Positions 37,595 to 50,398 of a stretch of DNA of 64,000 bases are shown here, piece after piece (the stretch's first letter is position 1; every line of letters starts with the position of its first letter). The notes beneath the pieces were generated by a model. The model was not told the origin of the DNA. It did not search any database and was given only the letters and a program-made list of their open reading frames with translations. The stretch is from Rhodospirillaceae bacterium. GTDB lineage: Bacteria > Pseudomonadota > Alphaproteobacteria > Reyranellales > JAQSWP01. The stretch lies in NCBI GenBank assembly GCA_040255215.1, contig JBDZUM010000001.1, forward strand, positions 45,576-109,575, in the 5' to 3' direction. Position numbers and translations under genes: made by a program.

Positions 37595-38577
37595 GCCACG
37601 CCCGCGCGCAGGCAGTCGTGCAGATGCAGCATGCCGACGATGCGTCCGTCCTCGACCACGACGAGACAGGATATGGGACGGCCGTCGTTCATCAGCGCCA
37701 TCGCCTCAGCCGCCAGCGCCTGCGGACGGATGCTGCGCGGCTGCGGCGTCATGATCTCGCCGGCCGGGCGACGCAGAATGTCGTCGAGCATATGACGCCG
37801 CAGATCGCCATCAGTGACGATGCCGACTGGCCGCTTCGCCTCGTCGACGATGCAGACGCAGCCAAGCCGCTTGGCCGTCATTTCCAGCAAAGCCTCGCTC
37901 ATCGGGGTGGTCGGCGCGCAAAGCGGCAGTTCCGCACCCTTGTGCATGAGGTCGGACACGCGCAGCAGACGCTTGCCGAGCTTGCCGCCCGGATGCAGCA
38001 CCTGGAAATCGGCCGAGGTGAAGCCGCGACGCTCCAGCAGCGTCACCGCCAGCGCATCGCCCAGCGCCAGCATCACTGTCGTCGACGTTGTCGGCGCCAG
38101 GCCAAGCGGACAGGCCTCGGTCAGCGGCGCGAGATCCAGCGCCACGGTCGAGGCCTGCGCCAGCGTGCTGCGCGGATTGCCGCTCATGCCGATCAGAGGG
38201 ATTTCGAACCGCTTCGCATAGGCGATGAGATCGGCGAGTTCGGTGGTCTCGCCGGAATAGGACAGCGCCAGCACCGCGTCGTTGCGGCCGATCATGCCGA
38301 GATCGCCGTGACTGGCCTCGCCCGGATGCACGTACTGCGCGGGGGTGCCGGTCGACGCCAGGGTCGCGGCGATCTTGCGCGCGACATGGCCGCTCTTGCC
38401 CATGCCGGTGACGATCACCCGGCCGGATACCCCGTGCAGAATGTCGACAGCCGCCGCGAACCGCTCGTCCAGCGCGTCGAGCATCGCCTGCAAGGCCTGG
38501 GCGCCCAGCTCGAGAACGCGGCGCGCCGCGGCAAGATCGGCCTGTGCCGACCCGGTATCCGGTTTCGCGTTGATCAT
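37591..38577 (-). CDS. kdsD: Arabinose-5-phosphate isomerase (KpsF/GutQ/KdsD family; SIS plus tandem CBS domains)
   Basis: ATG 38577 (MINAKPDTGS...). SIS motif VTGMGKSGHVARKIAATL. C-terminal CBS pair. 328 aa. Confidence 0.85.
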   Translation of the reverse strand: MINAKPDTGSAQADLAAARRVLELGAQALQAMLDALDERFAAAVDILHGVSGRVIVTGMGKSGHVARKIAATLASTGTPAQYVHPGEASHGDLGMIGRNDAVLALSYSGETTELADLIAYAKRFEIPLIGMSGNPRSTLAQASTVALDLAPLTEACPLGLAPTTSTTVMLALGDALAVTLLERRGFTSADFQVLHPGGKLGKRLLRVSDLMHKGAELPLCAPTTPMSEALLEMTAKRLGCVCIVDEAKRPVGIVTDGDLRRHMLDDILRRPAGEIMTPQPRSIRPQALAAEAMALMNDGRPISCLVVVEDGRIVGMLHLHDCLRAGVA

Positions 38578-38672
38578 GCTTGAGCGTTGACCCACTGAGA
38601 CTGAACCGACGCTCGCCCGGAACCGCCGAGCAAAAACCGCGCCAATTCGTGAAAGATCACCGAATTCCGGCA

Positions 38673-38701
38673 AATATGCGACTCCGACCGTTAAAAATCA
38701 A
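38673..38701 (-). promoter_or_regulatory. Candidate sigma-70 promoter for the kdsD-lptCAB-rpoN cluster (TTGATT-17 nt-CATATT)
   Basis: On the minus strand: TTGATT (38701-38696), a 17-nt spacer, then CATATT (38678-38673). About 95 nt upstream of the kdsD ATG. Sequence match only. Confidence 0.35.
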
Positions 38702-38754
38702 CGAATCGGATCAGGGCCTTATGCCGCGCCGCCGGGCGCTGGCACCATTTGGTG

Positions 38755-39372
38755 TCAGTGGGAAAAAACGTCGATTTCCGGCCAGCCAATCAGGTCCAGC
38801 TCGGCCCGGGCGGGCAGGAAGCGGAAGCAGGCAGCGGCCAGCTCCGTGCGCCCTTCGCGCGCCAGCATCGTGTCGAGCCGGCGCTTGAGCGCGTGCAGAT
38901 GCAGAACGTCGGAGGCGGCATAGGCGAGCTGTTCGGGTGTCAGCTCCGGGGCGCCCCAGTCCGAGGATTGCTGCTGCTTGGAAATCTCGACCCCCAGCAG
39001 GTCGCGGCAGATGTCCTTCAGCCCGTGCCGGTCGGTGAAGGTGCGGACAAGTTTCGAGGCGATCTTGGTGCAGTAGACCGGACCGCAATCGACGCCGAGA
39101 TAGTGGCGCAGCACGGCCAGATCGAAGCGCCCGAAATGGAAGATCTTCAGCACCGAGGCATCGGCCAGCAGAGCCTTGAGATTGGGCGCCGCGTATTCGC
39201 CGGCTGCGAACTGCACCAGATGGCAGTCGCCGTCGCCCGCGCTGAGCTGCACCAGACACAGCCGGTCGCGATGCGGGTTGAGGCCCATGGTCTCCGAATC
39301 GATGGCGACGCTGTCGCCGAAGCGCAGGCCGGCCGGCAGGTCGCCGCGGTGGAGCGTATTCGCCATCGTCAC
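38755..39372 (-). CDS. Ribonuclease D-like 3'-5' exonuclease (DEDD family, short form)
   Basis: Exo I motif VAIDSETMGL, later HFGRFD and YAASDVLHL (DEDDy-type). 205 aa. Confidence 0.8.
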   Translation of the reverse strand: MTMANTLHRGDLPAGLRFGDSVAIDSETMGLNPHRDRLCLVQLSAGDGDCHLVQFAAGEYAAPNLKALLADASVLKIFHFGRFDLAVLRHYLGVDCGPVYCTKIASKLVRTFTDRHGLKDICRDLLGVEISKQQQSSDWGAPELTPEQLAYAASDVLHLHALKRRLDTMLAREGRTELAAACFRFLPARAELDLIGWPEIDVFSH

Positions 39373-39431
39373 ATCCTCCCAAAAACGACAACGGCCGGCC
39401 CGCTGTTAAGCGGCCGGCCGGTCGTCTCGAA

Positions 39432-39516
39432 TGGTGCCCAGGAAAGGACTCGAACCTTCACGCCTCGCGGCACTAGTACCTGAAACTAGCGCGTCTACCA
39501 ATTCCGCCACCTGGGC
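39432..39516 (-). tRNA. tRNA-Leu (anticodon CAG)
   Basis: The reverse complement reads GCCCAGGTGGCGGAATTGGTAGACGCGCTAGTTTCAGGTACTAGTGCCGCGAGGCGTGAAGGTTCGAGTCCTTTCCTGGGCACCA. Anticodon loop TT-CAG-GT, long variable arm, 85 nt. Confidence 0.95.
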
Positions 39517-39715
39517 TAACCTGTGGCAACCGGCTTGCCGCCGGCGGTCGGGGGCGTTCGGTAAGCCCTTGGCACAGTCTTGTCAATAGTTCTGCGGATT
39601 TGCCGCCATTTTCAGGCTCTGGCGCGGCAATCGCGCCGCTTCTATAAACCGCCGCCAGAGGCGATCATGCCGCCTCGGGCAGTCGCCAGCGGCCAAGCAG
39701 GACGGAGCAATCGAA

Positions 39716-40669
39716 ATGACCATCGCGCAGATCACCGTATTTGGGGGGTCGGGTTTCATCGGCCGGCACATCGTGCGGCGTCTGGCCAAGCGCGGCCTGG
39801 TCGTTCGCGCCGCCGTCCGGCGGCCAGAACTGGCCGAATTCCTGCGGCCGATGGGCGATGTCGCGCAGGTCGTCCCGGTCCAGGCCAACATCCGCAACGC
39901 CGCTTCCGTCGCGGCGGCGATCCGCGGATCGCAGGCCGTCGTCAATGCCACCGGCATCCAGGTGCAGCGTGGGCGACAGAGTTTCTCGGCCGTTCATGTC
40001 GAGGGCGTCCGTCATATCGCCGAAGCCGCACGCGCCGCCGGCGTCGAACGGCTGGTGCATATCTCGGGCCTCGGCGCCGACGATGCCGAGGAAGCGGAGA
40101 CGGCCTTCGCCCGCTCGAAGATCGAAGGCGAGAAAGCGCTGCGCGAGGCTTTCCCGACCGCCACCATCCTGCGCCCCAGCGTCGTGTTCGGGCCCGAAGA
40201 CGCCTTCATCAACAATCTGGCGGCTGCCGTCCGTCTGGCGCCTTTCATGCCAGCGATCGGCGGCGACCACACCCGGTTCCAGCCGGTCTATGTCGGCGAC
40301 GTCGCTGCCGCCGTGCTCGCCTGTCTCGAGCGTACAGAGGCTGCGGGGCGGGTCTACGAGCTGGGCGGCCCGACGATCTACACCATGCGGGAGATCGCCC
40401 AACTGGCGCTCAAGGCGATGGACCGCGACATGCGGATCGTGTCGGTGCCGTTCTCGCTGGCCCGACTGGTCGGGCTGGTCGGCCAGTTCCTGCCCAACCC
40501 GCCGCTGACCTTCGACCAGGCCGTGCTGCTCGAGAAGGACAGCGTCACCAGCCCGGACCGGCCCGGATTGGCGGAGCTGGGCATCGCGCCGACGGCGGCC
40601 GAGGTCGTTCTGCCGACCTATCTGGATCGATTCCGCGTCGGCGGTCGTTACAGCACTCACGCCGCTTGA
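39716..40669 (+). CDS. Complex I NDUFA9-like NAD(P)H-binding SDR family protein
   Basis: ITVFGGSGFIGRHIVRRLAKRG Rossmann motif. 317 aa. The overall pattern resembles the NDUFA9/39-kDa-subunit-like proteins common in alphaproteobacteria. Confidence 0.75.
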   Translation: MTIAQITVFGGSGFIGRHIVRRLAKRGLVVRAAVRRPELAEFLRPMGDVAQVVPVQANIRNAASVAAAIRGSQAVVNATGIQVQRGRQSFSAVHVEGVRHIAEAARAAGVERLVHISGLGADDAEEAETAFARSKIEGEKALREAFPTATILRPSVVFGPEDAFINNLAAAVRLAPFMPAIGGDHTRFQPVYVGDVAAAVLACLERTEAAGRVYELGGPTIYTMREIAQLALKAMDRDMRIVSVPFSLARLVGLVGQFLPNPPLTFDQAVLLEKDSVTSPDRPGLAELGIAPTAAEVVLPTYLDRFRVGGRYSTHAA

Positions 40670-40734
40670 ATTCGAAATCTGAGGACGGCGGTTCGATAAA
40701 AACGTAGCTAATACAGAGCATTAGCGTCACCAAT

Positions 40735-40757
40735 AATAGGTCCAATTTGGACCTATT
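40735..40757. promoter_or_regulatory. Perfect 23-bp palindrome (11-1-11) in the AT-rich gltD upstream region; candidate dimeric regulator site
   Basis: AATAGGTCCAA-T-TTGGACCTATT, verified base by base. Located 200 nt upstream of the gltD ATG and 66 nt downstream of the preceding stop. Confidence 0.4.
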
Positions 40758-40956
40758 TACTATCTGATCGAATAAAAACACGACTCGCCGATTCTTTTTT
40801 TGCTGGCGGTCATCGAAAATATGTCAGATAGTATGACTAAATTCGCGTCGTTACGCGTCTCGAATCATGTGCGGAATGCAATGATCGTCAGCGAGACATT
40901 TTTGTAATTTTCTTCCCAAGTGCCGGGGCTGGCCGCTGGGAAGCGAGAGGCTGGTC

Positions 40957-42396
40957 ATGGCGGAAAAGATGCTGAAGTTCGTGTCGGTCGGGCAGGACAT
41001 GCCCGACAAGCGCCAGTCGCAGGAGCGCGTCCACGACTTCGACGAAATCTACGCGCGCTTTACCGAGCAGAAAGCGGCCGAGCAGGCGTCGCGCTGCTCC
41101 CAGTGCGGCATCCCGTTCTGCCAGATCCATTGCCCGCTGCATAACAACATCCCGGACTGGCTGAAGCTGACCGCGGAAGGCCGGCTGGAAGAGGCGTACG
41201 AGATCTCCTCCGCCACCAACAACATGCCGGAGATCTGCGGTCGCATCTGCCCGCAGGACCGGCTGTGCGAGGGCAACTGCGTCATCGAGAAGGGCTTCGA
41301 GGCGGTCACCATCGGCTCGGTCGAGAAATACATCACCGACACCGCCTTCGATCGCGGCTGGGTCAAGCCGCCGACGCCGCGGCGCGAGCTGGGCCGGTCG
41401 GTTGGCATCGTCGGCGCCGGCCCGGCCGGCATGGCGGCGGCCGAGCAGCTGCGCCGCAAGGGCTACGAGATCCATGTCTACGACCGCTACGACCGGGTCG
41501 GCGGGCTGCTGATCTACGGCATTCCGAGCTTCAAGCTCGAGAAGGACATCGTCGAGCGGCGAGAGAAGCTGCTGCGCGCGGGTGGCGTCAATTTCCACCT
41601 CAACGTCACGATCGGCCGCGACATCAGCCTCGAGGAACTGCGGGCGCGGCACGAGGCAGTGCTGATCGCCACCGGGGTCTACAAGGCGCGTGACGTGCAG
41701 GCGCCGGGCGTCGGCCTGAAGAACGTCGTGGCGGCACTCGACTACCTGACCGCGTCCAACCGCAAGGGTCTGGGCGACTCGGTTCCAGAATTCGAATCCG
41801 GCGCGCTCGACGCCAAGGGCAAGAACGTCGTGGTGATTGGCGGCGGCGACACGGCGATGGACTGCGTGCGCACCGCCGTGCGCCAGGGCGCCAAGTCCGT
41901 CAAATGCCTCTATCGCCGCGACCGCGCCAACATGCCGGGCTCGCAGCGCGAGGTGAAGCACGCCGAAGAGGAAGGCGTCGAGTTCGTCTGGCTGGCCGCC
42001 CCGCGCGCCTTCCTGGGCGAAGAAGCCGTCAGCGGCGTGCGCGCGGTGCGCATGCATCTGGGCGTCGCCGATGCCACCGGCCGGCGCGCGCCGCAGGAAC
42101 TCGACGGCTCCGATTTCACCCTGCCGGCCGATCTCGCCATCAAGGCGCTCGGTTTCGATCCCGAGGACATGACGGACATCCTCGGCCGCCAGGACGTCGG
42201 ATTGACGAGCTGGGGCACGCTGAAAATCGACTTCCGCAGCATGATGACCAATCTCGACGGCGTGTTCGCCGCTGGCGACATCGTGCGCGGCGCTTCGCTG
42301 GTGGTGTGGGCCGTGCGCGACGGGCGCGACGCGGCAGAGCGCATTCACCGCTACATCCAGGCCAGGCCGCAAGCGGCCATGGCCCGGGCCTCCTGA
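40957..42396 (+). CDS. gltD: Glutamate synthase (NADPH) small subunit
   Basis: Fe-S Cys clusters (CSQCGIPFCQIHCP...CGRICP...CEGNC) and dinucleotide motifs (VGIVGAGPAGMAAA, VVVIGGGDTAMD). 479 aa. Confidence 0.95.
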   Translation: MAEKMLKFVSVGQDMPDKRQSQERVHDFDEIYARFTEQKAAEQASRCSQCGIPFCQIHCPLHNNIPDWLKLTAEGRLEEAYEISSATNNMPEICGRICPQDRLCEGNCVIEKGFEAVTIGSVEKYITDTAFDRGWVKPPTPRRELGRSVGIVGAGPAGMAAAEQLRRKGYEIHVYDRYDRVGGLLIYGIPSFKLEKDIVERREKLLRAGGVNFHLNVTIGRDISLEELRARHEAVLIATGVYKARDVQAPGVGLKNVVAALDYLTASNRKGLGDSVPEFESGALDAKGKNVVVIGGGDTAMDCVRTAVRQGAKSVKCLYRRDRANMPGSQREVKHAEEEGVEFVWLAAPRAFLGEEAVSGVRAVRMHLGVADATGRRAPQELDGSDFTLPADLAIKALGFDPEDMTDILGRQDVGLTSWGTLKIDFRSMMTNLDGVFAAGDIVRGASLVVWAVRDGRDAAERIHRYIQARPQAAMARAS

Positions 42397-42412
42397 GACG
42401 GGAGAGACCAAG

Positions 42413-46957
<4,545 letters not shown>

Positions 46958-47001
46958 CCGAGGCGGCTTTGCGCCGGAAGCAAACTGCGGATACAAAAAA
47001 A

Positions 47002-47036
47002 GCGGCCGGGGCCAATGCCCCGGCCGCAACCGTTTT
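47002..47036 (+). terminator. Rho-independent terminator after gltB
   Basis: GCGGCCGGGGC-caat-GCCCCGGCCGC followed by AACCGTTTT. Confidence 0.75.
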
Positions 47037-47048
47037 CAGGAGGTCCGC

Positions 47049-47849
47049 ATGCAGCGCCTGTCGGTGACGCGCGAGAAGTCGGTGGCCGTGATCCGCTTCG
47101 ACCATCCTCCCGCGGGCTACATGGATGCGCCAATGGTTGACGCCCTCGATGCGGCCACCGTCGAACTGCTGGCCGACGACGCCGTCCGCGTTCTCGTCTT
47201 CACCGGCGCACTCGATGGCGTCTTCATCCAGCACTACGATGTCGGCGAATTGAATGGGCTCGCCCAGGGCCTGCGCAAACGCGGCCTGAAATTCTCCGAG
47301 AAGCGTCTGGCGCCCGAGCGTACGCTCGATCACGTGTTCGATCGTCTGGCGGCCTCGCCCAAGCCGTCGATCGCCGCCATCAACGGCAACGCCATGGGCG
47401 GCGGCTTCGAATTCTGCCTGGCCTGCGATCTGCGGCTAGCGCAAAAGGGCCCCTACTCCATCGGATTGCCGGAGATAAATATCGGCATCCTGCCCGGCGG
47501 CGGCGGCACGCAACGGCTGGCGCGGCTGGTCGGCGCGGCGCGAGCGCTCGAACTGGTGCTGCGCGGCCGCACGGTCGATCCCGACGAGGCAGCGCGGCTT
47601 GGCATGGTGCACGAAGCCGTCGACAGCCCGGTGATCGACCGCGCGCTGGCGATCGCGCATGAGCTGGCCGGCAAGTCGCCGCTGGCGCTGGGCCACATCA
47701 AGCGGCTGATCCGCCAGGCTGGCGAAGGTTCGCTGAAGGACGATCTGGCGCTGGAGCGAACCCTGTTCCTTGATCTTCTGGTCAGCGACGAGGCCGCGCC
47801 GCTGCTGCAGGAATTCGTCGACGGCACGCGCGATATTCGCACGCGCTGA
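47049..47849 (+). CDS. Enoyl-CoA hydratase/isomerase family protein
   Basis: Crotonase-fold pattern (VAVIRFDHPP, AINGNAMGGGFEFCLACD). CAGGAGG SD. 266 aa. Confidence 0.8.
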   Translation: MQRLSVTREKSVAVIRFDHPPAGYMDAPMVDALDAATVELLADDAVRVLVFTGALDGVFIQHYDVGELNGLAQGLRKRGLKFSEKRLAPERTLDHVFDRLAASPKPSIAAINGNAMGGGFEFCLACDLRLAQKGPYSIGLPEINIGILPGGGGTQRLARLVGAARALELVLRGRTVDPDEAARLGMVHEAVDSPVIDRALAIAHELAGKSPLALGHIKRLIRQAGEGSLKDDLALERTLFLDLLVSDEAAPLLQEFVDGTRDIRTR

Positions 47850-47861
47850 AGGACGACCGCC

Positions 47862-48638
47862 TCAGCGGCGCTTGAGGGCGCTGCTTTCGAGTTGGACGCG
47901 GGCCTGATCGGCGAGCGGCGAACCTTCGGGCACGAGCCGCAATACCTTGACGAAATCTTCGTTCGCCTGCGCCGTATTTCCAGCCGCCTTGCGCTGCAGC
48001 CCGCGTTCCAGATAGGCCTCGGGATAGCTGGCGTTGAGCTTGATGGCCTGCTCGATGTCGGCGGCGGCGCGAGGCCCCTGCCCCAGCAGACGCAAGGTGG
48101 TGGCGCGCAGAGTCAGCGCGTCGTGCCGTCGTGGCGAAATGCGCAACGCCGTATCCAAATCGCGCTGAGCCTCGGCCAGCCGATCGATGCCGGCATAGGT
48201 CACCGCGCGATCGATCAGGAACTCGACCGAGTTCGGCTGCAGGGCCAGAGCGTTGCCCTGCGCGACCAGCGCCCGGTCGGGATAGCTGGCCAGCAACCAG
48301 GATTGCCCCGCCTGGGCATAGAGATCGGCGCGCAGCCGATTGCGATCGCCGGGCTGGGCGTCGGCCAGCCGTTCGAGCCGGTTGGCCGCTTCGACGTATT
48401 GCCCCATGCCGAACAGGGCGATGGCGGCGCAATGTTCGGCCGCTTCCGCGCCGCCGCGGTCGTACCACGTGTTGGCGCTGGCATAGGCCTCGCGCGGGCG
48501 GGTCTTTGCCAGATTCATGCAGGCGGTGTACTGCTGTTCGTGATTGATGCCCGAGGCATTGCGCGGCGCTGCCGCCGCCGGCGACAGGAAAATCAGCGCG
48601 CCAGCGAGCGCGAGCAGGAAACGACAGGCTGCAGCCAT
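47862..48638 (-). CDS. Secreted tetratricopeptide-repeat protein
   Basis: Signal peptide MAAACRFLLALAGALIFLSPAAAA/P and repeated TPR-like helices (...AEAQRDLDTALRISPRRHDAL..., ...YPEAYLERGLQRKAAGNTAQANEDFVKVLRL...). Confidence 0.75.
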   Translation of the reverse strand: MAAACRFLLALAGALIFLSPAAAAPRNASGINHEQQYTACMNLAKTRPREAYASANTWYDRGGAEAAEHCAAIALFGMGQYVEAANRLERLADAQPGDRNRLRADLYAQAGQSWLLASYPDRALVAQGNALALQPNSVEFLIDRAVTYAGIDRLAEAQRDLDTALRISPRRHDALTLRATTLRLLGQGPRAAADIEQAIKLNASYPEAYLERGLQRKAAGNTAQANEDFVKVLRLVPEGSPLADQARVQLESSALKRR

Positions 48639-48725
48639 GAGTCAGATTTGGCCGATGCACCGGCATCTTGCAAGAGGCCACAAGCAGGGGCCAGCGTGAG
48701 CGCAGTGATTTCGTCGCCACCGACC

Positions 48726-49595
48726 ATGCTCATTCTGGGGGCGGGCTTTGCGGGCAAGGCCGTTGCACGGCGGTTGCTGGCCCAGGGCTGGCGCGTGCGC
48801 GGTACCAGCCGCACCGCCGAGGGCGCGCGTGCGCTGTGCGAGGCCGGCCTGGAAGGGCTGGTTGCCACCCCGAAAACTTTCAGCGCGAGCATCGCGGCCG
48901 GGGCCACCGCGCTGCTCGCCTCGGCGCCCCCGAACGATGCCGGCGATCCGATGCTGCCAAGCCTCAGGGCGCTCGCTCCCGAAGCCTGGAAGACGCTGCG
49001 CTGGATCGGCTATCTGTCGACCACCGGCGTCTATGGCGATACCGGCGGCGCCTGGGTGGACGAGATGGCCAATCCCAATCCCGCCAACGACCGGGGTCGC
49101 CGTCGACTTCTGGCGGAATCGCAATGGGTCGAGTTCGGCAAGGGGCTGGGCGTGCCGACGCATGTCTTCCGCCTGCCAGGCATCTATGGCCCGGGCCGCA
49201 GCGCGCTCGACGACGTGCGGGCCGGCAAGGCGCGGCGCATCGACAAGCCGGGGCAGGTTTTCTCCCGCATCCATGTCGACGACATTGCGCGCACGGTCAT
49301 GGCGTCGCTTGACCGGCCGCGGCATGGCGCGATCTATAACGTCGCGGACGATGAGCCGGCGCCAGCGGCGGAGGTGGTCGCCCATGCCTGCAAACTGCTC
49401 GGCGTCGAGCCGCCGCCGCTCGTCGCTTACGAAGCGATCGCGGCGGAGCTGTCGCCAATGGGGCGCGAGTTCTACGCCACCAACCGGCGCATTGCGAACG
49501 CCCTCATCAAGCGTGAACTCGGCGTACGACTTGCCTATCCCAGCTATCGTGACGGGCTGAAGGCAATTCTGGAGAGCGAAGAGACCAACCGTTAG
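48726..49595 (+). CDS. SDR-family NAD(P)-binding oxidoreductase / epimerase-like protein
   Basis: MLILGAGFAGKAVARRLLAQGWRVRGTSR Rossmann N-terminus. Alternative GTG start at 48696. The first ~270 aa of the 567-aa track ORF are antisense to the TPR gene and are rejected. Confidence 0.7.
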   Translation: MLILGAGFAGKAVARRLLAQGWRVRGTSRTAEGARALCEAGLEGLVATPKTFSASIAAGATALLASAPPNDAGDPMLPSLRALAPEAWKTLRWIGYLSTTGVYGDTGGAWVDEMANPNPANDRGRRRLLAESQWVEFGKGLGVPTHVFRLPGIYGPGRSALDDVRAGKARRIDKPGQVFSRIHVDDIARTVMASLDRPRHGAIYNVADDEPAPAAEVVAHACKLLGVEPPPLVAYEAIAAELSPMGREFYATNRRIANALIKRELGVRLAYPSYRDGLKAILESEETNR

Positions 49596-50380
49596 GCGTC
49601 GCACAGACGGGTGACGCTTGTCAGCAGGCGCTCGATTTCGCGCGGCGTCGACAGGCGATGATCGCCGTCCTTCACCAGGGTCAGCGTGGCCTCCGGCGCT
49701 TCGATATGGTCGAGGACGCGCTCGGCATGCCGCCAGGGCACATCGGCATCGGCCGTACCGTGGATCAAATGAACCGGGCAGTCGACCGCCAGCCGCTTGT
49801 TCAGCACCAGGTGATCGCGCCCTTCCTCGATCAGGCGCCGCGTGATGATGTCGGGCTCGGCGCTGTACTGGCTGGGCTGCAGCAAACGGCCGGTTCGGTC
49901 GAGCTCGTCGCGTTGCGCAGAGGTCAGCGTCGGAAGGATCAACGCTTCGGTGAAGTCGGGGGCTACGGCGATGCCGACCATGCCGGCAAGCCGGGCGCCA
50001 AGATCGCGGGCGATTCGCAGCATGATCCAGCCGCCCATGCTGGAGCCAACCAGCACCAGCTTCATCCCGCGCTCGAGCTGGCCGATGGCGGCCAGCGCAT
50101 CGTCGCGCCAGCGCCCGACCGTGGCGTCGGCGAAATCGCCGTCCGACGCGCCATGGGCGAAGTAGTCGAAGCGCAGGAAGGCCTGGCCGCGGGTCCGCGC
50201 CCAGGAATCCAGAGCCATCGCCTTGGTGCCGGTCATGTCGGATCGAAACCCACCCAGAAACACGACGGCCGGTCCTCTGCCGTTTATGGCGACATAGGCG
50301 AGGCGTTTTCCGTCGGGCCGCACGATATAGGAATGGCCTTGTGCGGATTGGGGGGTTTGGGTAGTCAATGCAGGCCCCAT
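49592..50380 (-). CDS. Alpha/beta-fold hydrolase
   Basis: Nucleophile elbow VGSSMGG, plus VVFLGGFRSDM and a C-terminal His context (VKDGDHRL). 262 aa. Confidence 0.8.
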   Translation of the reverse strand: MGPALTTQTPQSAQGHSYIVRPDGKRLAYVAINGRGPAVVFLGGFRSDMTGTKAMALDSWARTRGQAFLRFDYFAHGASDGDFADATVGRWRDDALAAIGQLERGMKLVLVGSSMGGWIMLRIARDLGARLAGMVGIAVAPDFTEALILPTLTSAQRDELDRTGRLLQPSQYSAEPDIITRRLIEEGRDHLVLNKRLAVDCPVHLIHGTADADVPWRHAERVLDHIEAPEATLTLVKDGDHRLSTPREIERLLTSVTRLCDA

Positions 50381-50398
50381 GTTGTCAGATTGAGTCTG

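Noticed and set aside
39569-39587. Sigma-54-like motif TTGGCAC-N5-TGTCAAT upstream of the NDUFA9-like gene. A near twin, TTGGCAC-N4-TGTCAAT, lies on the minus strand at 21342-21359 upstream of ihfB. This was tempting because rpoN is in the window.
   Set aside because: The -12 element does not fit. The conserved GC should be 10 nt after the GG, but here the nearest G is displaced by 1-2 nt and is followed by T, not C. A shared 7+7-mer between two sites is also within chance expectation for all pairs of positions in 128 kb of two-strand sequence.
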